A stretch of 28,324 nt of DNA. Source: a virus. Lineage: Duplodnaviria; Caudoviricetes. How positions within the stretch are numbered: position 1 is the first letter of the stretch; each line of letters begins with the position of its first letter. Positions 1 through 8,121 of this stretch are shown in pieces. The notes below the pieces were generated by a model. It was not told the DNA's origin. It saw only the letters and a list, made by a program, of their open reading frames with translations, and made no database searches. Made by a program: the position numbers and the translations under genes. The DNA lies in the IMG/VR virus record IMGVR_UViG_3300031890_000041, positions 1-28,324 of that record. One strand, written 5' to 3'.

Positions 1-2
1 AT

Positions 3-632
3 CGCCAGTTCAAAACGCATGACAATAAACGGATGCGGATTCGCAAGATGGCTGTGGACTCCGGCTATGCCACCGACTTCGTTTACGTTTATACCAAGCC
101 GCGTCAGCCGCGCGCCGTGGCGACCAAGGGCTACGGCGGCATCGGCAAGCCGCTCATCCTTGGTGCTGGCACGTACACCAAGAACAATCGCGCGCGCCTT
201 CAATTGTTAGGCGTGGACAGCGGCAAGGAGGAAGTTGTCAATCGCCTTACAGTGCCCAAACCCGGCCCGGGCTACTGCCACTTCCCGATGCATCCGAATA
301 AGGAACCCGCGCGCGGCTATGATGAAGAGTATTTCAAAGGCCTGACTGCCGAACGGCGCATTGTGAAAAGTAAAAACGGATTCAAGACCTACATCTGGAT
401 CAAGCGGCTAAGCCAGCGCAATGAACCGTTTGACTGCCGCGTGCTGGCACTGGCGGCGCTTACGATGCCATGGAGCGGCATCAACCTGGAAACGATGGGG
501 CGCGACATTCACGAAGATTTGTCGGACGACGTGGAGGTGCCTTACGGCGTGCAACAGCGCAATGAGGAAAGTGAATCGCAGCAGCAATATCCGAGCGACG
601 GGTTCGGCGCACAGAACTTACCGATCTACTAA
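3..632 (+). CDS. Terminase large subunit, lambda GpA family, C-terminal nuclease part (5' truncated by window)
   Basis: Frame is open from position 3. Motifs MAVDSGY, A.KG, LGVDSGKE, GPGYCHFP, YFKGLTAE and RNEPFDCRVLALAA are typical of GpA-type terminases. Lies upstream of the portal. Confidence 0.92.
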   Translation, partial: RQFKTHDNKRMRIRKMAVDSGYATDFVYVYTKPRQPRAVATKGYGGIGKPLILGAGTYTKNNRARLQLLGVDSGKEEVVNRLTVPKPGPGYCHFPMHPNKEPARGYDEEYFKGLTAERRIVKSKNGFKTYIWIKRLSQRNEPFDCRVLALAALTMPWSGINLETMGRDIHEDLSDDVEVPYGVQQRNEESESQQQYPSDGFGAQNLPIY

Positions 633-653
633 AGTTGCTTACCAATCGCAGTG

Positions 654-680
654 ACCTTCTCATGATTTTCATTAGAAGGT
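654..680. other. Hairpin immediately 3' of the tRNA-like RNA (possible processing or termination structure)
   Basis: ACCTTCT-C-ATGA-ttt-TCAT-T-AGAAGGT is an inverted repeat with one mismatch. No U-tract, so not a classic intrinsic terminator. Confidence 0.45.
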
Positions 681-798
681 TGGTGAGCGGGCGGGACGCT
701 ACCCCCGCTGTCCGCCGGTTGCTGACTCGCGGACATCCGTACCCTTTGATGGCTCAGCTCTTCGGATGCGTGACTGCTCCCTTCACGCCAGCCGCTCA
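681..798 (-). ncRNA. Non-canonical tRNA-like cloverleaf RNA with encoded 3' CCA
   Basis: Minus-strand stems: TGAGCGG/CCGCTCA followed by CCA; GCGTGA/TCACGC; TCCG/CGGA; TGTCCGC/GCGGACA; GCGGG/CCCGC. Lacks the TTCG T-loop and a canonical anticodon arm. Confidence 0.7.
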
Positions 799-810
799 AA
801 AACTCGTTTA

Positions 811-819
811 AGCCTAACA
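811..819 (-). promoter_or_regulatory. Putative extended -10 element for the tRNA-like RNA
   Basis: Minus-strand TGTTAGGCT matches TGnTAnnnT, 12 nt upstream of the cloverleaf 5' end. Confidence 0.3.
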
Positions 820-864
820 CGTTTCGTCTCGCCTTGCGCGGTCGTTCTTGTAAGTATCACGTTT

Positions 865-1137
865 ATGTTGAAACCAACGAGCATCAAAATTTGTCACGAA
901 ACCAAACCGATCAGCATTGCGTTAATCCGTGCCGATAATCCTGGCATCGGCGACAATAAGATCGCGACGATTCAAGTCAGGAGATACGAGGATGAGGACG
1001 ATGACGAAGCGCACGGCTTCACTCACTGGATTCAGTTATGCGCCAAGACAGACGATACCGAGGGCTATGTGTCGATGATTTACAACTATCATCCGCGTAA
1101 CGGCTGGTCTTTCGATCGTCGCGCCTATCATGCCTGA
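865..1137 (+). CDS. Hypothetical protein (90 aa)
   Basis: ATG at 865 inside ORF 766..1137. Protein-like composition (acidic patch EDEDDDE, HWIQLC, YNYHP). No family recognised. Confidence 0.5.
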   Translation: MLKPTSIKICHETKPISIALIRADNPGIGDNKIATIQVRRYEDEDDDEAHGFTHWIQLCAKTDDTEGYVSMIYNYHPRNGWSFDRRAYHA

Positions 1138-1145
1138 CCTTCGAT

Positions 1146-1346
1146 TTATTGTGACCGGAACGAACCATACGAGCGCACGAGCTTTCCCGTCTCTCTGCTC
1201 GCCCACTGGCACAAGACATCCGCAGCGATGCGTGTGCGGTACACGTTGGTGATATTCTCGCGCGCCAGCAATAAATCGAACACGGCGCGCGGCACAGTGA
1301 TCTCGATTCGCACATCGCCAACACGCGGTCTTCCTTTCCCTTGCAT
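1146..1346 (-). CDS. Small DNA-binding protein, ribbon-helix-helix-like
   Basis: KGRPR motif, then an alternating beta-strand (VRIEITVP) and two predicted helices (RAVFDLLLARE, RTRIAADVLCQWA). Fills the intergenic gap. Confidence 0.55.
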   Translation of the reverse strand: MQGKGRPRVGDVRIEITVPRAVFDLLLARENITNVYRTRIAADVLCQWASRETGKLVRSYGSFRSQ

Positions 1347-1407
1347 TTAATTCGCAATAAATCCTCGTTTATTATTGGCGCAAGTGTGCATAGGATGCCG
1401 ACTCGGA

Positions 1408-1731
1408 ATGGCAGAACAGTTTGATGTCCCGCCGCAACCGCCGGTTGATCCTGTGCCCGAACCGATCGAAGGCGACGTCACGATCCCGTTCACTTGTCCA
1501 TGGGCGCAGGACAACCTGGCAAAGGCAATGCAGGGAATGGGCGGCGCGAGTGCCGGTGTTTACTCCTACGGTGTCGGCTCGCGGCATCTGCATTACAAGC
1601 CAGTGGCAGAACAACTTACGGCCATTAACTACTGGATGAAGATGGTTGAGTATTACTGCGGCGTTGATGCGCTGCCGCCTGCGCTCACCGGCCGCGACAC
1701 ATCTTTCAGGGTGATACCACGTGACGTCTGA
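1408..1731 (+). CDS. Head completion / head-tail joining protein (gpW-like)
   Basis: Located between terminase and portal. Has SYGVGSRHLHY, a W-containing helix and C-terminal RVIPRD, typical of this small family. Overlaps the portal start. Confidence 0.75.
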   Translation: MAEQFDVPPQPPVDPVPEPIEGDVTIPFTCPWAQDNLAKAMQGMGGASAGVYSYGVGSRHLHYKPVAEQLTAINYWMKMVEYYCGVDALPPALTGRDTSFRVIPRDV

Positions 1732-3610
1732 ACGGCCACTCTTAAACGGAAACGGCAAGCACGACTTGGAGCCGGGCACATTGTTCGACATGGCCGGACA
1801 AATCATCACGCCCGACCGCGCACAGGACTTTCAGGATTCATGGTATAGTTCCTACTATGCAGGAGCTTACCATGGGAGCGGAACGGGTTATGGTCATTAC
1901 GGCGCGAACGTCACCAAGAACGAACTCCGTGGCTGGCTCTGGCGCGGCGGCGACGCAGACGCCGACATTGGCTATAATTCACAGATTCTCCGTGAACGCT
2001 CCAGAGATGCTTTCATGGGAATTCCGCTTGCGAGTGCAGCAATTGAGACTCTCGACACCAACGTCATCGGAGAAGGGCTTGTGCCAGCACCGAGCGTTGA
2101 CGGAGATTTCCTCGGACTGTCCGATGAAGAAACCGCTGCACTTAACAAGGAGATTAGCGACAAGTGGGATTGGTGGGCTGATGATCCGCGCGAGTGCGAC
2201 TTCGAACAGAAGTATGACTTCTACACGATTCAGCATATCGCTTACCAATCAATGCTGCTCTCGGGCGATTGCCCGGTGCTCTATCCGCTGACTACGCGCC
2301 CGAACTCGATGTTCGATTTGCGGTTGCGCATCCTGGAATCCGATCGCATCCGAAACCCAATGCCGTTCGATGTTTACAAAAACATTTTCAATGGCGTGGA
2401 GATGAGCGACGACGGCGAGCTGATTGCTTATCACATCGCCGAGGTTCACCCACTGGCCATACTTCGGTTTCGTTACATGGGGGTTGTCACGGTGCCTGGG
2501 CGGACATTCCGTGTAACGCCTTTCGGTGGCGACACAGGCAGACGGAACATGGTGTTGCTTATTCGGCCAGAGCGACCCGAGCAACGTCGCGGAGTGCCGA
2601 TTTTGTCTGTCTGCCTGGAATTACTGAAGCAACAAGGACGTTATGTTGATGCCACGGTGCTCGGCGCGGTGATACAGAGTTATTTCACGGCCTTCGTCAC
2701 GAGCGATTTTCCTGATCCGACAATCTTCAACGAACTGTTAAGCGAGCGGCAGAAGCGGCAGATCATTAATTTCAATCCTTACAATATCCAGTTGGGACCC
2801 GGCATTGTGAACTTTATGCGCCCCGGTCACGAAGTGAAGTTCTCTAATCCCACGCAACCGCAACACACGTTCGGCGAGTTCACGATTGCGGTTGCCAAGT
2901 TTGTTGGCTCTGCGCTCGGCATCCCTTACGAAGTTTTACTGAAACAATACAACGCTTCTTATTCGGCATCGCGCGCTGCGCTTCTGGATTTCTGGAAGCG
3001 CGTGCGTAAACACCGCAAACAGGTGATCACGCAACTGTGCCAGCCGACTTACGAGGAATGGCTGACAGACGCTATCAGTCTCGGGCGCATCGAAAAGTTC
3101 AAAGGCAACTTTGACGATCCGCTGGTGAAGCGTGCCATGTTGCGTTGTGTCTGGTCGGGTGCAAGCGCAGGCTCGCTCGATCCAAAAAAGGAAGTGGAAG
3201 CTGCCGATCAGCGCGTGCGTGCTGGATTCTCCACCATCGAGCGTGAAGCCGCTGAACTCAACGGCAGCGACTATCGTGAAAACATACGGCAACAGTCCAT
3301 GGAGAAGACCCAGTTCGAGGACGCCGAGCTGGTGTTCCCGCCGTATCGTCCGCTGGCAGGAATGGCAAGCGGCATTACTGCACCGCCAACACCTGAATCA
3401 ACCAAACCCGGCGAAGCAGTCCAGCAAGAGGGCGCAGGTGGCGCGGAGCAGGAGCCGGTGCCTGGTCAAACACCATCCAAGCCCTCAGCATCGCCAGTGC
3501 CTGTCGCGTCACGATCAAAGCGAAAGATCAAGGGAGGGTCCGGCGCGCGAACAGGATTAGGAATGTTGAACTGGCCGGAAGCACCAGCGGGAGGTTCCAC
3601 GTATGAATGA
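1721..3610 (+). CDS. Portal protein, lambda family
   Basis: Motifs LRERSRD, NVIGEGL, LRILESDRI, GVE...GELIAYHI, RPEQRRGVP, GIPYEVL...NASYSASRAALL and LDPKKE. Pro-rich C-terminal tail. Confidence 0.95.
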   Translation: MTSERPLLNGNGKHDLEPGTLFDMAGQIITPDRAQDFQDSWYSSYYAGAYHGSGTGYGHYGANVTKNELRGWLWRGGDADADIGYNSQILRERSRDAFMGIPLASAAIETLDTNVIGEGLVPAPSVDGDFLGLSDEETAALNKEISDKWDWWADDPRECDFEQKYDFYTIQHIAYQSMLLSGDCPVLYPLTTRPNSMFDLRLRILESDRIRNPMPFDVYKNIFNGVEMSDDGELIAYHIAEVHPLAILRFRYMGVVTVPGRTFRVTPFGGDTGRRNMVLLIRPERPEQRRGVPILSVCLELLKQQGRYVDATVLGAVIQSYFTAFVTSDFPDPTIFNELLSERQKRQIINFNPYNIQLGPGIVNFMRPGHEVKFSNPTQPQHTFGEFTIAVAKFVGSALGIPYEVLLKQYNASYSASRAALLDFWKRVRKHRKQVITQLCQPTYEEWLTDAISLGRIEKFKGNFDDPLVKRAMLRCVWSGASAGSLDPKKEVEAADQRVRAGFSTIEREAAELNGSDYRENIRQQSMEKTQFEDAELVFPPYRPLAGMASGITAPPTPESTKPGEAVQQEGAGGAEQEPVPGQTPSKPSASPVPVASRSKRKIKGGSGARTGLGMLNWPEAPAGGSTYE

Positions 3611-4757
3611 GTTCTACCGATTCCGGTGCGAAGCCGATGCGACCGATGCCGAGTTACTGATCTTCGCCCAGATCGGCGACTTTGAAGAGATGGGCGAAGT
3701 CAGCGCGAAAGCGTTTGCGCGTTCACTGTCCGATCTGCCGAAGTCAGTGAAGCGACTCGACATTCACATTAACTCCCCAGGAGGTTCGCTGTTTGAAGCG
3801 TCTGCCATCTACAGCCGACTCGCGGATCATAGGTCGGAGAAGATTGTTTACATTGATGGTCTTGCTGCGTCGGCTGCGTCGATTGTGGCAATGGTTGGTC
3901 ATAAGATTTACATGCGCGCGAACTCGACAATGATGATTCATCTGCCGCAGGGCATTTCAATCGGGAACGCCGACGATATGCGCAAGATGGCCGCCGCATT
4001 GGACACCGTAAGCGAAGGGATGATGAACGTCTATTGCAAGCGCACCACCATGCCGCGCGACGAACTGCGCGCAATGCTCGCCGCCGAGACGTGGATGAGT
4101 CCGGAGCAGGCCGTCGAAAAAGGATTTGCAGATGAAGTGCGCGGCGTAGTGAAAGCCGCGGCCTCATTTGATTTAACAAAGTTCCATTACAAGAACATAC
4201 CAACCATAGGAGTAACCATGCCAAATATAAACGCAGCAGTAGCAACCGATGACGAGCCGAAACCGATGCCAGCGCCACCGAGTCCCCCGCCACCGAGTCC
4301 CCCGCCACCTCGGCCAGTGCCCAGACCAATGGTAGCGAAAAAAGATGACGACGATGACGACGACGATGACGACGATGACGACATGGAAAAAATGGAAAAA
4401 AAAATGAAGTCGAAGAAAAAAGCCAAAGCGTCATTCGAGCAAGGCGTGCAGCAGGAGCGCGAGCGTGTGGCGGCGCTGCAAAAGCTCGATCGTCCGGCCA
4501 CGCACGCGATCATCACGGCTGCGATCACAGAGGGCAAAACGGTTGCGGATATTACCGATCAATTGTTCGACGCAATGGACAAAAGCAGCAAGCAAGCTGC
4601 GCGCAGAGTCGATGCGTCAATTCTCAGCGGCATCCCGCCGAGCACGACTGATATTCCCGATCAGGACCGCGGCACGCCCGGATTCGGCGCACTCATCAAG
4701 GAGAAAGTTCAGGCGCGCATTAAAAACCGGAGGCTGCCGATTCACAGCCGCAATTAA
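3603..4757 (+). CDS. Head maturation protease (ClpP/S14-type) fused to a scaffold-like C-terminal region
   Basis: Motifs HINSPGGS, IDGLAASAAS (catalytic Ser), MMIH and ETWMSPEQAVEKGFAD. Followed by a low-complexity linker and the QERERVAAL helix. Confidence 0.93.
   Translation: MNEFYRFRCEADATDAELLIFAQIGDFEEMGEVSAKAFARSLSDLPKSVKRLDIHINSPGGSLFEASAIYSRLADHRSEKIVYIDGLAASAASIVAMVGHKIYMRANSTMMIHLPQGISIGNADDMRKMAAALDTVSEGMMNVYCKRTTMPRDELRAMLAAETWMSPEQAVEKGFADEVRGVVKAAASFDLTKFHYKNIPTIGVTMPNINAAVATDDEPKPMPAPPSPPPPSPPPPRPVPRPMVAKKDDDDDDDDDDDDDMEKMEKKMKSKKKAKASFEQGVQQERERVAALQKLDRPATHAIITAAITEGKTVADITDQLFDAMDKSSKQAARRVDASILSGIPPSTTDIPDQDRGTPGFGALIKEKVQARIKNRRLPIHSRN
4218..4757 (+). CDS. Probable nested in-frame scaffolding protein (lambda Nu3-like arrangement)
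   Basis: Internal AGGAG lies just upstream of in-frame ATG 4218, right after the protease domain. Confidence 0.55.
   Translation: MPNINAAVATDDEPKPMPAPPSPPPPSPPPPRPVPRPMVAKKDDDDDDDDDDDDDMEKMEKKMKSKKKAKASFEQGVQQERERVAALQKLDRPATHAIITAAITEGKTVADITDQLFDAMDKSSKQAARRVDASILSGIPPSTTDIPDQDRGTPGFGALIKEKVQARIKNRRLPIHSRN
4273..4401 (+). repeat. Coding low-complexity repeats: 15-bp tandem (PPSPP), 13 Asp codons, 9-bp tandem (MEK)
   Basis: CGCCACCGAGTCCCC x2; GAT/GAC x13 at 4344-4382; ATGGAAAAA x2. Confidence 0.9.
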
Positions 4758-4791
4758 CAACCAACCAACCGAAGGCAAGGAGTAAAAACAT

Positions 4792-5448
4792 ATGGGAGTA
4801 AGAAGCACATTAGGATACGCCAATCTGCTCGGCTCGACCGAGGATCCGGATTGGAAAATTTACCGTTATCCGTTCACACCTGGTGGCGGCGTCACGCTTG
4901 CCACTTTGTTTGCCGGAGCGGTCGTTTATTTCGACGCTACTCGCGCGAACCTATTGCCGGGGCTGGCTGCGAATGACGCGCAGCTAGACGGCATTGTCAT
5001 TGATCTGCCCGATCAGAGTTCGGAAGGATTCACGGTCGCTAACGCCACCTTTGCTGATGGCGTGTACACAGCTGGCAGTTTAAATCAGCTGACCAGCGCC
5101 AGCGCAGCGTTCACCAGCAGCGACGTTGGCAAGGTCGTCACAGCCGGTGGCACAGTTACGCTGCCGCCTAACACGGTCATTCTGTCGGTGCAAAGCGCGA
5201 CGCAAGTAACGCTGTCAAATGCCGCCAGCGCGGCCGGCACCGCACAATCATTTACGATTGTCGGGCGCACTGTCACGGTCACGCCAACGGATCAGACCAT
5301 CGGTGTCGCTATCAATGGCACGTTCGACTTCAACCAAATCAAGTATGCGGACGGCAGCGCGACCATTAGTGCAGCTGGCCAGGAGCGGCTGGCTGTCATG
5401 GGAATCGTGCTGGACAAGGCAGTAATTTCCGGACCGTTTTCACCCTGA
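4792..5448 (+). CDS. Head decoration protein (lambda gpD-like) with inserted beta-rich domain
   Basis: Between protease and MCP, with AAGGAG RBS. C-terminus VAINGTFDFNQI...LAVMGI resembles gpD-like proteins. Longer than usual because of a Thr/Ala/Ser-rich insert. Confidence 0.75.
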   Translation: MGVRSTLGYANLLGSTEDPDWKIYRYPFTPGGGVTLATLFAGAVVYFDATRANLLPGLAANDAQLDGIVIDLPDQSSEGFTVANATFADGVYTAGSLNQLTSASAAFTSSDVGKVVTAGGTVTLPPNTVILSVQSATQVTLSNAASAAGTAQSFTIVGRTVTVTPTDQTIGVAINGTFDFNQIKYADGSATISAAGQERLAVMGIVLDKAVISGPFSP

Positions 5449-5489
5449 TTTCACCCTAAAAACAACACAAAAGGAGATAAGAAAATCCT

Positions 5490-6734
5490 ATGTTACAGAA
5501 CCCAAATTATGAACCTAGGACGCTGTTGGAAGCGTTCGACGTTGGACCGATCGCGCATACGTTCCTGCGGGACACTTTTTTCGCTGCGCGCGAATATCCG
5601 CCCACCTCACTTGTTGAGTTCGACTTCAGACGTGGCCGCCGCAGGATGGCTCCTTTTGTTGCTCCACTTGTCGGTGGCAAAGTGATGGAGCGTATGGGTT
5701 ACGAGACGCGCTTCTTCAGAGCACCGCGCATTGCGCCTGTGCGCAACCTGCGCACCGCAGACCTTGAGGCGCGTCTGCCCGGCGAGACGATCTACCAGGG
5801 TCGTCAGGCAGCCGATCGTGCGGCTGACCTCCTCGCCGAGGACGCAATCTACCTCGATGAAGCTATTACCCGCCGCGAGGAATGGATGTGCCGCAATGTT
5901 CTCATCAATGGCAGCATCGCGGTGACAGCCGACAACGGCTACACCGATTACATCACCTACCTGGAATACGCCACGCCGGGGCAGGGCAACATGGGCGTTG
6001 GCCCCAGTCCCGCGCCGAACGTGAGCGTGACCAGCAACCATTATGTTCCAGCCACATTCTGGAATGACACCACGAACGCTGATCCACTCAATGATCTGGA
6101 GCTGGCAAGGTTGCAGGTCATCAAGCTCTCCGGTATCAGTCCCAACGTTGTGCTGATGAGTCAGGACACGCGACAGGCGTTCCTCAATAACCAAAAAGTT
6201 TACAACTTTTTCCACAACCGCAGGTTCGAGTTCGGTTTGATCCAGCCGATCATTCAAGACGAAGCGGTAGTGTTGATCGGCCGTATACCAGGTTTAGAGA
6301 TCTACACCTATGCGGAATATTTCGAAGACGACTTCGGAAACCTGTTTCCGATGATTCCGCCGGGTCTGGCGATCATGGCGTCGACCAATCATCAGAACAA
6401 GATCGTTTACGGTGCGTTCACTCAGCTTGAGGATGCACGCGCGCAGCGCTTCGTCACTTATCAGACGGCCAGGATTCCGTTTGTGTATGGCGATGAACAA
6501 AATGGCCATTTGTTTTACAGGCTGACCAGTTGCCCGCTACCGATGCCGCTGGACATTCTCGGCATCTGCATTGTGCAGGCGATGAGTGGCGCGGGTGTTG
6601 GCCCATACGACGTCACGGACGCCAAGTTCGCTGAGGACAGTAGCGCGCCCAAAGTTGGTGACGAAGATCGTGGACCACAGAGTGCCGAGCACGAAGCGTC
6701 ACACAAGTCCTCTCATAAAGGACATAGCAAATGA
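5490..6734 (+). CDS. Major capsid protein, lambda gpE family
   Basis: Motifs TFLRDTFF, VEFDF...RRMAPFV, ITRREEWMC and C-terminal SCPLPMP. AAGGAG RBS. Confidence 0.93.
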   Translation: MLQNPNYEPRTLLEAFDVGPIAHTFLRDTFFAAREYPPTSLVEFDFRRGRRRMAPFVAPLVGGKVMERMGYETRFFRAPRIAPVRNLRTADLEARLPGETIYQGRQAADRAADLLAEDAIYLDEAITRREEWMCRNVLINGSIAVTADNGYTDYITYLEYATPGQGNMGVGPSPAPNVSVTSNHYVPATFWNDTTNADPLNDLELARLQVIKLSGISPNVVLMSQDTRQAFLNNQKVYNFFHNRRFEFGLIQPIIQDEAVVLIGRIPGLEIYTYAEYFEDDFGNLFPMIPPGLAIMASTNHQNKIVYGAFTQLEDARAQRFVTYQTARIPFVYGDEQNGHLFYRLTSCPLPMPLDILGICIVQAMSGAGVGPYDVTDAKFAEDSSAPKVGDEDRGPQSAEHEASHKSSHKGHSK

Positions 6735-6889
6735 GCGGATTTAAGATTTTGCTGCTGCTTGGAGCCATCGCGTTCCTGATCGGGGCTTTGCTGCCGGTTC
6801 TTCAGACCGGCGGCGGGCCTCGTGCGATTGGCTGGCAAAATCTCGGACTTGGCCTTGTCACGTTGGCATTCTTTATCGGAGCACATTAG
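6731..6889 (+). CDS. Small two-TM membrane protein (52 aa; not in ORF track)
   Basis: MSGFKILLLLGAIAFLIGALLPVLQTGGGPRAIGWQNLGLGLVTLAFFIGAH. ATGA overlap with the MCP stop; fills the gap exactly. Confidence 0.75.
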   Translation: MSGFKILLLLGAIAFLIGALLPVLQTGGGPRAIGWQNLGLGLVTLAFFIGAH

Positions 6890-6891
6890 CC

Positions 6892-7260
6892 GTGAGTTTG
6901 CGCGACCAGTTCGTTCCCGATCTCGACCGGGTGTTTATGAACATCCTGGAGTTCGCTACGACGCGCGAGTTCCGCATCGGTGACGGGGCAGGCGGCTTTA
7001 TCATATTCACGGCTCCGGTGGTTTGGGACAAGGATGCAGTGAAAATGCAGCCGGTCGTGACGATTCACGGCGTCTTCATGGGCGATGTCCGCTGTTATAT
7101 TGAGCACAAGTATCTGCCGCGCGCACCGGTGGCGGGTGAGCTGATTTATTCGCCCGCCAATCAGCCATGGGAAGTGCTCGATTGCACGGACCAGGAATCA
7201 CTTTACGAACTTTCGCTATACGCTCACCGCTCACAGCCTTCGATGTATGGTCGAAATTGA
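6892..7260 (+). CDS. Head-tail joining / head closure protein
   Basis: MSLRDQF..DLDRVFMN..EFA N-terminus is typical of post-MCP connector proteins; gene order agrees. Confidence 0.7.
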   Translation: MSLRDQFVPDLDRVFMNILEFATTREFRIGDGAGGFIIFTAPVVWDKDAVKMQPVVTIHGVFMGDVRCYIEHKYLPRAPVAGELIYSPANQPWEVLDCTDQESLYELSLYAHRSQPSMYGRN

Positions 7261-7807
7261 ACTCGATGCCAGCGCAGTCGCAAAATTGATCGGCGTAATC
7301 GGCCAAATCAAGAACGGCATTTCACGCGTGATGGTGCCAGCAATCAATACCTCAGTTACGCACGGGCGCACAGTTCTTAAACGCGAGATTCGCAAAGAGT
7401 ATACAATCAAGGCGCGAGACATTCCGACAGATGTTCACTATGCAACTCCAGAGCATCTCGGCGGCTCGGTTACCGTCAGGTCTGGGATGCTCGGCCTGGA
7501 GAAATTCAAATACACACCTAAGAACCCGCCAAAGCATCCGCGCATGGTGCGTGCCGAAGTGCGCATTGGCAAGGGTGGCAATCTGCCGCACGCTTTCGTT
7601 GCGAGAATGCCGAACGCGCTCGTCGGTATTTTCACGCGTGTCGGCAAAACGCGATTGCCAATCAGGCGGCGATTGGCAATAGGCGCATCGATCATGGCGA
7701 GTCAGCCGCGCGTGCAGGACATAGTCGGAAAAGAAATGGCTTCGACGCTGGTCAAGCGCATCAATAGTCAGGTTGAACGTTTGCTTGGTAGTGTGAAAAA
7801 GAAGTAA
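7247..7807 (+). CDS. Neck / minor tail protein (lambda gpZ-like)
   Basis: Very basic protein with AIN...IRKEYTIK, HAFVARM and IFTRVGKTRLPI motifs. Confidence 0.8.
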   Translation: MVEIELDASAVAKLIGVIGQIKNGISRVMVPAINTSVTHGRTVLKREIRKEYTIKARDIPTDVHYATPEHLGGSVTVRSGMLGLEKFKYTPKNPPKHPRMVRAEVRIGKGGNLPHAFVARMPNALVGIFTRVGKTRLPIRRRLAIGASIMASQPRVQDIVGKEMASTLVKRINSQVERLLGSVKKK

Positions 7808-7812
7808 GCGAT

Positions 7813-8121
7813 ATGCCGCCGACCACTCTCTATAAACAACTCGATACGGGCCTGCGCATCCATACGGCGTATGACCTTGAAAACAAGCTGGCTGCTTTCA
7901 TTACGCAGCTGTTCACGGACACCTACCTGCTTGATAATCCGAAAGTTAATTTCTTCCAGACTTCGGAAGTCAGCGGAGCGCAACCGCCGACTGTTCGCTA
8001 TGTCGGCGCAAACTCGCGCTTCGTTGATTGCAGCCCCGACTACGGCGTCCGGCTGGAGGTCTTTAATCCCACCACGCAACAGTGGACCGAGATGGTGCGT
8101 TATGTTTATCCGCATCCTTAG
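7813..8121 (+). CDS. Hypothetical protein, possibly the N-terminal fragment of the tail completion protein
   Basis: TAYDLENKLAAFITQLF helix resembles the start of tail-completion proteins that follow gpZ-like genes. Confidence 0.6.
   Translation: MPPTTLYKQLDTGLRIHTAYDLENKLAAFITQLFTDTYLLDNPKVNFFQTSEVSGAQPPTVRYVGANSRFVDCSPDYGVRLEVFNPTTQQWTEMVRYVYPHP

Noticed and set aside
3769-4537. Long minus-strand ORFs with poly-Ser or Arg/His runs
   Set aside because: They are antisense shadows of the poly-Asp/Pro tract in the protease gene.
5438-5457. TTTCACCCT direct repeat at the decoration gene stop
   Set aside because: Only 9 bp in two copies, probably a local duplication; not noticed elsewhere as a regulatory motif.
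5607-6257. 216-aa antisense ORF, and similar ones at 11415-12083, 12652-13269, 17894-18508 and 20254-21054
   Set aside because: They lie opposite well-supported structural genes and show no recognisable motifs, as expected in GC-rich coding DNA.
7871-8101. Upstream extension of the 543-aa ORF
   Set aside because: It overlaps ORF 7813 in another frame. ATG 8102 gives a clean leader and only a short overlap.
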